DNA of 64,000 nt from Patescibacteria group bacterium. GTDB lineage: Bacteria; Patescibacteriota; Microgenomatia; UBA8517. The stretch's first letter is position 1, and each line of letters starts with the position of its first letter. Positions 47,330 through 56,726 of the stretch are shown one piece after another. A program made the position numbers and the translations under genes. Location of the stretch: the NCBI GenBank assembly GCA_038061225.1, contig JBBTZT010000003.1, positions 257,515 to 321,514 on the forward strand, given 5' to 3'. The notes beneath the pieces are model-generated. The model had not been told where the DNA came from, did not search any database, and worked only from the letters and a program-made list of their open reading frames with translations.

Positions 47330-47758
47330 ATGACAAAAGACACAGCTAAATTTTTAGTTAAACCTTATGTTTTAAAAGTTGAAAAACCATGGGGTTATGA
47401 GTTAATTTTAACAAATGAGAACTCAAAAAAAATTACAAGTAAAATTTTGCACGTAAATAGCGGTAAAAGAATTAGTCTTCAGTATCATGATAATAAAGAA
47501 GAAGCAATTACACTAATTTCAGGCAGTTCAATTTTGCACATTGAGAACGGTTTAGGTGAAGTCGTCAAAATTAATATGGAATTAAATAAAGGCTATCTAA
47601 TTTTACCTTTTCAAATTCATAGGTTTGAAGCTATAACAGATAGTCAGTTAATTGAAAGCTCAACAGCTGAAAGTGGTAATACATATAGACTTGAAGATGA
47701 TTACAGTCGAGGAACAGAAACAGATGACGATCGTAATACTTCAAGAAAAAAAGCCTAA
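47330..47758 (+). CDS. Cupin, mannose-6-phosphate isomerase type II-like
   Basis: VEKPWGYE, SLQYH..KEE, HRF, RLEDDYSR. Confidence 0.82.
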   Translation: MTKDTAKFLVKPYVLKVEKPWGYELILTNENSKKITSKILHVNSGKRISLQYHDNKEEAITLISGSSILHIENGLGEVVKINMELNKGYLILPFQIHRFEAITDSQLIESSTAESGNTYRLEDDYSRGTETDDDRNTSRKKA

Positions 47759-47762
47759 AAAC

Positions 47763-47969
47763 ATGAAATTAAATACTGCTCAGTTCAAGACACTTTCAAA
47801 AGTTTGTAGTGACATCGCAAAGACTATAATAATAGCTGTCATATTAGGCCAAGGTGTAATCGGTCAAACCTCAGAAGTAATCAGATATCAATTGGTTTTT
47901 TCATGGACTTTCATATCGACATTTCTTTTAATATTAGCTATGATGTTAGATAGACATATAAAAGTATGA
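47763..47969 (+). CDS. Small 2-TM membrane protein
   Basis: MKLNTAQFKTLSKVCSDIAK... 68 aa from ATG 47763. Confidence 0.6.
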   Translation: MKLNTAQFKTLSKVCSDIAKTIIIAVILGQGVIGQTSEVIRYQLVFSWTFISTFLLILAMMLDRHIKV

Positions 47970-48088
47970 ACAATGAAAATTTAATTATTGGCTTAAATAC
48001 TGGTTTTTTAGCTGTTGCTATATTTGGTGTGTTTATTGCAATTTTATATTATGTCGATGCAAGATCTAGGATTAAAAGTAATAAATAA
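47966..48088 (+). CDS. 40-aa single-TM peptide (not in ORF track)
   Basis: MNNENLIIGLNTGFLAVAIFGVFIAILYYVDARSRIKSNK*; ATGA-coupled to upstream ORF. Confidence 0.55.
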   Translation: MNNENLIIGLNTGFLAVAIFGVFIAILYYVDARSRIKSNK

Positions 48089-48090
48089 AT

Positions 48091-48180
48091 ATGGAATGGA
48101 ATGTTACAACATCAACCAGTGCAATAGTATTAACAGTTTTTATAGGTTTATTAATAATTTTATTTGCAAATAAAAAATAA
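48091..48180 (+). CDS. 29-aa single-TM peptide (not in ORF track)
   Basis: MEWNVTTSTSAIVLTVFIGLLIILFANKK*; 2-nt gaps to both neighbours. Confidence 0.5.
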   Translation: MEWNVTTSTSAIVLTVFIGLLIILFANKK

Positions 48181-48182
48181 AT

Positions 48183-50486
48183 ATGTCTACACTGCCCCTA
48201 GTAATTGATTTTAAGGATATTGATAAAGATTCAACCTCTCTTGTTGGAGGAAAGGGAGCAAATTTAGGAGAAATGGTAAAAGCAGGTTTTCCTGTGCCTA
48301 ATGGTTTTGCAGTTACTGTTCCCTCATATGAATTGTTTTTGAAAGAAAATAATATAGCTTCTAAAATCTATGAAATTTTAGAAATTACCAATGTAGAAGA
48401 TCCTGCTCAGCTTGAAGAGGCATCTAAAAAGATTCAAAAAATAATAAACACCTCCAAATTCCCAGAATCTGTTTTTAGTGAATTAATTAAATCATATAAA
48501 AAATTGTCAGGCAGATTTTCAAAAGCATTAGTTGCAGTAAGATCATCAGCCACAGCAGAAGATTTACCTGGAATGAGTTTTGCGGGTCAACAAGCTACTT
48601 TTTTAAATGTTAAAGGTGAAGCTAACTTGCAAGTTGCAGTTCGTCAGTGTTGGGCATCACTATTTACACCCCGTGCAATTTATTACAGGAATAGCAATAA
48701 AATCCAAATTGAAAAGGTTGGTATCTCAGTTATTGTTCAAAAAATGGTACAAAGTGAAGTTTCAGGAATTATGTTTTCAATTGACCCAATAACAAACAGA
48801 AAAGACAGAATAATAATTGATGCTGTTTGGGGACTTGGTGAAATGATTGTTCAAGGAAGTTATATTCCAGATCATTATGTAGTGCAAAAAGAAACTTTTG
48901 CAATTCTTTCAAAAGAAGTAAATGATCAGAAAATGCAATATATTAAAAAAGGAAATGAAACAAAAGAGATTGCAGTTCCTAAGAAAAATATAGCAAAAAT
49001 TAAACTTTCTGAAGATCAAATTATATCTCTAGCTAAATTATCTCAGAAACTACAAGATCACTACTATTTTCCACAAGATACTGAATGGGCATTAGAAAAA
49101 GGGAAATTATATATAGTTCAAACAAGACCAGTAACAACAATAGGCCGTGTAAATCCTAAATCAGAAATCCTACCGCGTAGCGGGTTACCTAATCCTAAAT
49201 CTGAATCGGTTATGCCGATTCTTAAGGGAATCCCAGCTTCTCCTGGAATTGGAACTGGAACTGTTAAAATTTTACGATCGCCGAAGGAAATTGATAAAAT
49301 TTCAAAAGGTGATGTATTGGTAGCTCCAATGACATCTCCTGATTATGTTCCTGCTATGAAGAAAGCAACAGCAATTGTTACAAATGAAGGTGGAATGACA
49401 AGCCATGCCGCTATTGTTTCTCGCGAAATGGGAATCCCTTGTGTTGTTGGTACTAAAGATGCTACTAAAATTCTAAAAGATGGAGATGTTATCACTGTAA
49501 ATGGAACAAATGGGGAAATATATCAGGGTGGAATTAAGAACGAAGAATTAAGAATTAAGAATCAACCCGTAACCCACAACTCGTCACCAAAAAACTACAA
49601 AACTGCTACCAAATTGTATGTCAACCTTGCCGAACCTGATAGAGCAAAAGAGGTATCTAAAATGAATGTTGATGGAGTTGGACTTCTTCGCGCTGAATTT
49701 ATGATAGCTGATATTGGAATGCATCCAAAAGAAGCAATTAAACGTAAAACTCAACATCTTTTCATTGATAAAATGGTTGACAAATTAACTATCTTTTGTG
49801 AAGCTTTTTATCCTCGTCAAATTGTTTACCGTGCCACTGACTTTAAAACGAACGAGTATCGAAGTCTTGAAGGTGGAAAACATTGGGAACCATCTGAATC
49901 AAACCCGATGTTAGGTTTTCGTGGCGCATTTAGATACATCAATGATCCTGAAGTGTTTAACTTAGAATTACAAGCAATTAAAATTGTTAGGCAAAAATAT
50001 CCAAACTTACAGATAATGATACCTTTTGTTAGAAGTCCTGATGAACTAAGAAGAGTTAGAAGACTTATAGAATCTCAAGGACTTTTTGATGACCCACATT
50101 TTAAATTATGGATGATGGTTGAAATTCCTGTAAATATTATTATGATTGAAGAATTTATAAAAGTAGGTATTGATGGCATTTCAATCGGCTCAAATGATTT
50201 AACTATGTTAATGCAAGGAACAGACAGAGATAATTCAACAGTGGCAACAGCTTTTAATGAAATGAGCCCTGAAGTTCTGTGGGCTATTAAAAAAGTTATT
50301 AAAGCCTGTAATAAACATGGTGTTACATCATCAATTTGTGGACAAGCTGCAAGCAGTTACAATGAAATGATAGAAATACTTGTTAAGGCAGGTATAACAT
50401 CAATCTCTGTTAATCCTGACGCAGTTACAAGAGTTAGAAAGGAGATATATGATCAAGAGAATATGGTCGCGAGAAATATTAGATAG
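48183..50486 (+). CDS. ppsA: Phosphoenolpyruvate synthase
   Basis: VGGKGANLGEM, AVRSSATAEDLP..SFAGQQ, GGMTSHAAIVSRE, DGVGLLRAEF, SIGSNDLT. Confidence 0.95.
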   Translation: MSTLPLVIDFKDIDKDSTSLVGGKGANLGEMVKAGFPVPNGFAVTVPSYELFLKENNIASKIYEILEITNVEDPAQLEEASKKIQKIINTSKFPESVFSELIKSYKKLSGRFSKALVAVRSSATAEDLPGMSFAGQQATFLNVKGEANLQVAVRQCWASLFTPRAIYYRNSNKIQIEKVGISVIVQKMVQSEVSGIMFSIDPITNRKDRIIIDAVWGLGEMIVQGSYIPDHYVVQKETFAILSKEVNDQKMQYIKKGNETKEIAVPKKNIAKIKLSEDQIISLAKLSQKLQDHYYFPQDTEWALEKGKLYIVQTRPVTTIGRVNPKSEILPRSGLPNPKSESVMPILKGIPASPGIGTGTVKILRSPKEIDKISKGDVLVAPMTSPDYVPAMKKATAIVTNEGGMTSHAAIVSREMGIPCVVGTKDATKILKDGDVITVNGTNGEIYQGGIKNEELRIKNQPVTHNSSPKNYKTATKLYVNLAEPDRAKEVSKMNVDGVGLLRAEFMIADIGMHPKEAIKRKTQHLFIDKMVDKLTIFCEAFYPRQIVYRATDFKTNEYRSLEGGKHWEPSESNPMLGFRGAFRYINDPEVFNLELQAIKIVRQKYPNLQIMIPFVRSPDELRRVRRLIESQGLFDDPHFKLWMMVEIPVNIIMIEEFIKVGIDGISIGSNDLTMLMQGTDRDNSTVATAFNEMSPEVLWAIKKVIKACNKHGVTSSICGQAASSYNEMIEILVKAGITSISVNPDAVTRVRKEIYDQENMVARNIR

Positions 50487-51711
50487 TCGTGGCATTCCTA
50501 CTGTTGAATGTTATTGTCAATTAGATGATGGTAGATTTGCCACGGCCTCAGTTCCTGCCGGAACTTCCATGGGATCTCATGAAGCCTTAGAACTTAGAGA
50601 TAAAGATAATGATAGATATCGTGGAGAGGGGGTTCTAAAAGCTTGTGAAAATATAAATACAATCTTGGGCCCTGCAATTGTTGGTATGGATCCTACACAA
50701 CAAATTGAAATTGATAAAAAACTAATTTCCTTAGATGGAACTGAAAATAAATCAAAATATGGAGCTAATGCCATACTTGCCATTTCAATTGTTGTTTGTA
50801 AAGTAGCTGCTATTTCTCAATCCAAAGCTCTTTACGCATGGATAAACGAATTAGCAGTTCAAAAAGGAATAGCAAAAGGAATAAAAACGCCTACACCTCT
50901 TTTAAACATGATAAACGGAGGATTGCATGGCGCTGGGAATCTTGATTTTCAGGAATTTTGGGTGATTCCTGCAACTAACAAAAAATTTTCTGATGGACTT
51001 CAAATGGGAGTAGAAATTTACCAAACCATAGGAGATAACTTAACTCGCCGTGGTGCAATTCATTCTGTGGGTCATGAAGGTGGGTATGCCCCAAATTTAT
51101 TTACAAATGCAGATGCATTTGAAGTCTTTGTAGAGTCAGTTAGACAAACAAATTATTCCCTAGGTAGAGATGTTTTTTTGGGTCTTGATGTGGCTGCCAA
51201 TAGTTTCTACAGAGATGGTGATTATACAATTCGTGATAGATCTTCATCCTTAACTGATGATCAATTACTGGATTATTACAAAGAACTCATTGGCTCATAT
51301 AAATTAGCAATACTTGAAGATCCTTTTCAGGAAGACGCCTGGGATTCATGGAAAAAAATATACAACGAACTTAAGGGTACTGCAATTATTGTAGGAGATG
51401 ATATTTTAGTAACAAATCCTAAAAGATTGCAAAAAGCAATTGAAGAAAAGGCATGTAATGGTGCAGTTATTAAACCTAACCAAATTGGGACAATATCTGA
51501 AACTTTAGACGTAGTTAAAATGGCAAAAGATGCTGGTTGGAAACTAATAACTTCACATAGGTCAGGGGAAACAAATGATACTTTCATCGCCGACTTTGCA
51601 GTAGGAATTGCTTCAGACTATGCTAAATTTGGAGCTCCAGCTAGAGGTGAACGAATAGCAAAATACAATAGATTAACTGCAATTGAAATAGAATTAGATT
51701 ATTTTAAATGA
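50449..51711 (+). CDS. eno: Enolase
   Basis: REILDSRGIPTVE, NGGLH, FQEF, VGDD, IKPNQIGT, SHRSGET, RGERIAKYN. Confidence 0.96.
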   Translation: MIKRIWSREILDSRGIPTVECYCQLDDGRFATASVPAGTSMGSHEALELRDKDNDRYRGEGVLKACENINTILGPAIVGMDPTQQIEIDKKLISLDGTENKSKYGANAILAISIVVCKVAAISQSKALYAWINELAVQKGIAKGIKTPTPLLNMINGGLHGAGNLDFQEFWVIPATNKKFSDGLQMGVEIYQTIGDNLTRRGAIHSVGHEGGYAPNLFTNADAFEVFVESVRQTNYSLGRDVFLGLDVAANSFYRDGDYTIRDRSSSLTDDQLLDYYKELIGSYKLAILEDPFQEDAWDSWKKIYNELKGTAIIVGDDILVTNPKRLQKAIEEKACNGAVIKPNQIGTISETLDVVKMAKDAGWKLITSHRSGETNDTFIADFAVGIASDYAKFGAPARGERIAKYNRLTAIEIELDYFK

Positions 51712-53354
51712 TAGCTAAGTTTGTGATTTTAGCAGTTTTAGATGGATGGGGTATTTCAGCACCATCTGCAGGTAATGCCATTTCTTTAGCCAACACTATA
51801 AACATCAATAGATATATGGCAGGTTACCCCCACACAGAACTAAGTGCTTCCGGGGAATCTGTTGGTTTACCTCATGGTGAAGCAGGTAATACAGAAACAG
51901 GACATTTAAATTTAGGAGCTGGAAGAATTGTCTATCAAGATTTGATGAGAATAAATATGTCGATAGCTGATGGTCTATTTTTTAATAATCAAATACTTCT
52001 TGATGCGATTAATCATGCTAAAGAAAATAATTCTAATTTGCATTTGATGGGTTTAATTGGTGCTGGTGGTGTTCATTCAAATATGGAACATTTATTTGCA
52101 CTTATTCAACTTTGCAGTAGAAATAATTTTAATAGAGTTTTCTTGCATCTTTTTACAGACGGGAGAGATTCACCGCCATCTGCAGCAAAAATATATATAC
52201 AAAGAGTCAGAGAAGTAATAAAAAGAGAAAATGTAGGTCAAATAGCTTCAATTATGGGTAGATACTGGGCAATGGATAGAGATCATAGATGGAATAGAAC
52301 AGCTAAAGCATATTTTGCCCTAACTAATGGTGTTGGCAATTTAGTTAAAACACCAGAGGAAGCAATTGAAGCTTCATATTCAAATGGAAAAACTGATGAA
52401 TTCATTGATCCCGCACTGATCTGCGATCAGACGGGTAAACCTGTTTCAATAATTAAAGACAATGATGCTGTTATATTTTTTAACTTTAGAATAGATAGAC
52501 CAAGGCAACTTTCAAGAGCTTTTGTATATAGTGATATAAATAAAGCAGAAGAGGAACAATCATTTGATCCATTTTTAGTTAAATATAAAAAGAAACATCT
52601 AGTAGTACAAATGCCACAAGCTGTTACTTTTGATAGACCACAAAAATTAAAGAATTTATTTTTTGCCACAATGACGCAATATGAAAAATCTCTTATAGAT
52701 GAAGGTGCAAAAGTTGTTTTTGAACCTGAAGTTGTAGATATGCCATTAGGACGTGTGATATCTGAGGCTGGATACAAACAATTAAGAGTAGCAGAGAGTG
52801 AAAAAGAACGTTTTGTAACATTTTATTTTAATGGGCAACAAGAAATTCCTATGGAAATGGAGGAAAGATTAATTGTTCCCTCACCTAAGATTGCAACCTA
52901 TGATTTAAAACCTGAGATGAGTTCGATTGAATTAACAGACAGTTTGCTTTCAAAGCTTAAAACTTTTGAAGATTATAAATTTATATTAATAAATTATGCG
53001 GCACCTGACATGGTGGGTCATACAGGAAATATTGGATCTGCGGTTAAGGCCTGTGAGACTGTTGATGAATGTATTGCTCGTCTTGCTAATTTTGCTTTGG
53101 CTTATGACGGAGCTTTAATAATAACAGCTGATCATGGGAATTGTGAACAAATGATTAATAATCAAACAGGTCAAATTGAAACAGAACATAGTAGTAACCC
53201 AGTGCCATTAATTATTGTTTATAAAGAATTTATGGGAAATGCACAAACACTTGCTTCGGGAGTTCTAGCTGATGTTGCCCCAACTGTTTTAAAATTGTTA
53301 GAACTGCAAGTTCCAACAGAAATGACAGGCAGAAGTTTAGTATTTTCGGATTAA
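51708..53354 (+). CDS. gpmI: 2,3-BPG-independent phosphoglycerate mutase
   Basis: LDGWG, GNTETGH, DGRD, GRYWAMDRD, PDMVGHTG, ADHGN. Confidence 0.95.
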   Translation: MIAKFVILAVLDGWGISAPSAGNAISLANTININRYMAGYPHTELSASGESVGLPHGEAGNTETGHLNLGAGRIVYQDLMRINMSIADGLFFNNQILLDAINHAKENNSNLHLMGLIGAGGVHSNMEHLFALIQLCSRNNFNRVFLHLFTDGRDSPPSAAKIYIQRVREVIKRENVGQIASIMGRYWAMDRDHRWNRTAKAYFALTNGVGNLVKTPEEAIEASYSNGKTDEFIDPALICDQTGKPVSIIKDNDAVIFFNFRIDRPRQLSRAFVYSDINKAEEEQSFDPFLVKYKKKHLVVQMPQAVTFDRPQKLKNLFFATMTQYEKSLIDEGAKVVFEPEVVDMPLGRVISEAGYKQLRVAESEKERFVTFYFNGQQEIPMEMEERLIVPSPKIATYDLKPEMSSIELTDSLLSKLKTFEDYKFILINYAAPDMVGHTGNIGSAVKACETVDECIARLANFALAYDGALIITADHGNCEQMINNQTGQIETEHSSNPVPLIIVYKEFMGNAQTLASGVLADVAPTVLKLLELQVPTEMTGRSLVFSD

Positions 53355-53963
53355 ACCTACTACACGACCTTGAATGGTAACTTCTTTGGCAAAAATAGGG
53401 GACATAGCAGCATTCGCAGGTTCAAGCCTAATTCTTGTTGCCTCTTTGAAGTATCGTTTTAGGGTTGCCATGCCGTTTCTTAAAAGAGCGACTACTATCT
53501 CTCCATTATTTGCAGTTTCTGTTTGTTCACAGATTACAAAATCACCATCATTTATATGATCTTCAATCATTGATAATCCGCGAACTTGTAAAACATAAAC
53601 CCTTTTTTTACCCGAAGCAAAATTTGGTGGAATTGACATGTGTGCATTTGGATCAATCAGAGGTTCAATTGGTTGACCTGCTGCAATGTAACCCAATATT
53701 GGTACAGTTATACCTTCATTATTGATACTAATATCAGTTGTTAATTCCATTTTGCGAAGCCTGCCAGAAGTTCTTTTCAGAAGTCCTTTTTCAACAAGTC
53801 CCTGTACATGTTCATGAACAGTTGCAAGTGAATTAACTCCAATTGCGTTTGCTATATCACGTAGTGTTGGGGCAAAACCTGTATTTTGAATTGATTGTTT
53901 AATAAAATCAAGTATTTGTGCTTGTCTTCTATAAATTACAGGGGCTGAATTAATCTTTGACAT
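53337..53963 (-). CDS. lexA: SOS repressor LexA
   Basis: wHTH (APTLRDIA...TVHEH), Ala-Gly cleavage site IAAG, GLSM Ser, TLKR Lys. Confidence 0.93.
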   Translation of the reverse strand: MSKINSAPVIYRRQAQILDFIKQSIQNTGFAPTLRDIANAIGVNSLATVHEHVQGLVEKGLLKRTSGRLRKMELTTDISINNEGITVPILGYIAAGQPIEPLIDPNAHMSIPPNFASGKKRVYVLQVRGLSMIEDHINDGDFVICEQTETANNGEIVVALLRNGMATLKRYFKEATRIRLEPANAAMSPIFAKEVTIQGRVVGLIRKY

Positions 53964-53969
53964 GATTAC

Positions 53970-53998
53970 ATATTACGAATAGTAACCGAATAAGTCAA
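53970..53998 (-). promoter_or_regulatory. lexA promoter with candidate LexA operator
   Basis: Minus strand: TTGACT-17nt-TAATAT-6nt-ATG; spacer holds TTCGG-N6-TTCGT (53975-53990). Confidence 0.65.
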
Positions 53999-54024
53999 CT
54001 ATATCTTTCTGATATAATATATCC

Positions 54025-55989
54025 ATGGATTTCAAACTTGTTACAGACCACACACCCATTCCTGAACAACAAAAGGCGATTGACAAACTTGTCGAAAATA
54101 TTAACAACAATGTTAAATATCAAACTCTTTTGGGTGTTACTGGAAGTGGAAAAACATTTACTGTTGCTAATGTAATAGAAAAATTACAACGTCCTACTTT
54201 AATAATTTCTCATAATAAAACACTTGCTGCTCAACTTTATCAAGAGATGAGAGATTTATTTCCCCAAAACGCTGTTTCCTATTTTGTTTCATATTATGAT
54301 TATTATCAACCTGAAAGCTATCTTCCTTCAACTGATACATATATTGAAAAAGATTCTGCAATCAATGAGTTAATAGATAAACTGAGACTTGCTGCAACAA
54401 CCAATCTTTTAACCAGAAAAGATACAATAGTTGTAGCTTCAGTATCTTGTATTTATAACATAGGTTCTCCAAATGAATATGGAAAATTTGCATTTGAATT
54501 TGTATCAGGTATGAAAGTTACAAGAAAACAAATAATTGATAGACTTTTGGATTTACAATATGAAAGAAATGAATTTGAGTTTAAAAGAGGAACATTTAGA
54601 ATAAGAGGAGAAACAATTGATGTTTATCCAGCCTACACAGACGAGGCAGTTCGTATTGAACTAGATACGGAAAAAATCAAAAAAGTCAGTTCGATCCATT
54701 CAGTTACTGGAGCACTAATCACTAATCACCAGTCATCATTCACTTTATACCCAGCCAAGCATTTTATAGCTGACCCTAAAACACATAAAAAGGCGTTTGA
54801 AGATATCAAACGCGATCTAAAATTTAGGATCGAAGATTTAAGAAAACAAAACAAGTTACTCGAAGCTCAAAGATTATCACAACGTGTTACATATGATTTG
54901 GAAATGATTAAAGAGATAGGCTATGTTAAAGGAATTGAGAATTATTCAAGATATTTTGATGGAAGAAAAGCAGGAGATGCACCATTCACACTTCTAGATT
55001 ACTTTAAAGATTATTTAGTTATTGTTGATGAAAGCCATATTACTTTTCCTCAAATAAGAGGAATGTATGCAGGTGATTTTTCAAGGAAATCAACACTTAT
55101 TGATTATGGATTTAGGCTTCCTTCAGCTCTTGATAACAGACCACTTAAATTTGATGAATTTATGAGAAGAATTCCAAACTTTTTAGCGCTTAGCGCCACA
55201 CCAGATGAATGGGAACTATCACTTTCTGGAGGAGATATAGTCGAGCAACTATTAAGACCGACAGGAATCCCTGATCCTAAAGTTGTTGTTAAACCTACTA
55301 CACATCAAATTGCAGATGTTATAAGTGAAATTAAGAAAGAAGTAAAAGAAAAAAGAAGAATTCTAGTAACCACATTAACAAAGAAAACCGCAGAAGACTT
55401 GTCTAGCTATTTAGAAGAACAAGGCTTGAAAGTTGCATATCTTCATTCAGATGTTAAAACTTTAGATAGAACAGATATTTTAGATAATTTGAGAAATGGT
55501 AAATATGATGTACTAGTAGGTATTAATCTTCTAAGAGAAGGTTTAGATCTTCCTGAGGTTGGTCTAGTCGCAATTCTAGATGCTGATAAAGAAGGCTTCC
55601 TCAGAAGTCAAACTTCTCTGATTCAAACAATGGGACGAGCTGCAAGACATGTTAAAGGTAGAGTTATTATGTATGCTGATCGAATCACAGGATCAATGGA
55701 AAGAGCTCTAAGTGAGGTTAAGAGACGTAGAAAATATCAACTAGCAATGAATAAAAAATATAAAATTACACCTAAATCAATTACTAAACCTGTTCGCAAA
55801 AGATTAATAGATAAACCAACAGAAGACCCTGTGATAAAGATGATGACTGAACTTAACATAGAAAGCTTGACTCCAATGGATAAAAAGATACTTATTAAAA
55901 ATCTACAAAAAGAAATGGTTATAGCTGCCAGTGAATTAAACTTTGAACTAGCTATAGAAATACGAGAAAAAATAGCAAAGCTAAAATAA
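54025..55989 (+). CDS. uvrB: Excinuclease ABC subunit B
   Basis: GVTGSGKT, YFVSYYDYYQPE, DESH, GINLLREGLD, QTMGRAAR. Confidence 0.97.
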   Translation: MDFKLVTDHTPIPEQQKAIDKLVENINNNVKYQTLLGVTGSGKTFTVANVIEKLQRPTLIISHNKTLAAQLYQEMRDLFPQNAVSYFVSYYDYYQPESYLPSTDTYIEKDSAINELIDKLRLAATTNLLTRKDTIVVASVSCIYNIGSPNEYGKFAFEFVSGMKVTRKQIIDRLLDLQYERNEFEFKRGTFRIRGETIDVYPAYTDEAVRIELDTEKIKKVSSIHSVTGALITNHQSSFTLYPAKHFIADPKTHKKAFEDIKRDLKFRIEDLRKQNKLLEAQRLSQRVTYDLEMIKEIGYVKGIENYSRYFDGRKAGDAPFTLLDYFKDYLVIVDESHITFPQIRGMYAGDFSRKSTLIDYGFRLPSALDNRPLKFDEFMRRIPNFLALSATPDEWELSLSGGDIVEQLLRPTGIPDPKVVVKPTTHQIADVISEIKKEVKEKRRILVTTLTKKTAEDLSSYLEEQGLKVAYLHSDVKTLDRTDILDNLRNGKYDVLVGINLLREGLDLPEVGLVAILDADKEGFLRSQTSLIQTMGRAARHVKGRVIMYADRITGSMERALSEVKRRRKYQLAMNKKYKITPKSITKPVRKRLIDKPTEDPVIKMMTELNIESLTPMDKKILIKNLQKEMVIAASELNFELAIEIREKIAKLK

Positions 55990-56707
55990 TTCTATACCAA
56001 CCAAAGATATTGAAGTTATTGGTTTGCACAAATTTAATTAGCCATTTAATTACTATATAGGCTGTTACAAAACTTCCAAGAAAGCCCACGGCTAATAGTC
56101 TACTGTCTACAGCAGACCAAGCAGAAACATCTGACTTTGCAAAATCTAATACAGTAGCACCCAGCATTGTAGGAATTGCTAAAAAAAATGAAAACTCTGT
56201 TGCATCTTTTCTATTCATGCCAACTACCATACCTCCAAATATTGTTGCAAAAGCACGGGAAACACCAGGAATCATGGAGAGGACTTGGAAAAGACCAACT
56301 AAAACAAAGCTTTTAGCCGTTAGCTGTTGGCTATTAGCTTTATGAAAATGTTCGAACAAGAGCATGACAATCCCACCAATTAGTAAACTTAAAATAACGA
56401 CTAAAGAATTACCAATCAAGTACATCTTGATGTACTTATAGAAAAATAATCCAAAAATTGCAGATGGCAAGAAAGCGATAATTATATTTTTCCACAATTC
56501 AAAATTGCTAAGCAATTTTGTGAAATAAATTACAATTACGGCTAAAATTGCACCAAGCTGAATAATAATTTCAAAAGACTTTACAAATTCAGTTTGTTGT
56601 ATATGAAGTAAATTACTTGTAAGTATCAAATGTCCAGTAGAGGAAATAGGTAAAAATTCTGTTATTCCCTCAACGACTGATAACAGTAATGTCTGAATTA
56701 GATTCAT
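55952..56707 (-). CDS. uppP: Undecaprenyl-diphosphate phosphatase
   Basis: EGITEFLPISSTGH, IQLGAILAV, PGVSR, EFSFFLAIP, FGWYR. Confidence 0.95.
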   Translation of the reverse strand: MNLIQTLLLSVVEGITEFLPISSTGHLILTSNLLHIQQTEFVKSFEIIIQLGAILAVIVIYFTKLLSNFELWKNIIIAFLPSAIFGLFFYKYIKMYLIGNSLVVILSLLIGGIVMLLFEHFHKANSQQLTAKSFVLVGLFQVLSMIPGVSRAFATIFGGMVVGMNRKDATEFSFFLAIPTMLGATVLDFAKSDVSAWSAVDSRLLAVGFLGSFVTAYIVIKWLIKFVQTNNFNIFGWYRIILALLFFLVFL

Positions 56708-56726
56708 GCTGTATAATTGTACATCG

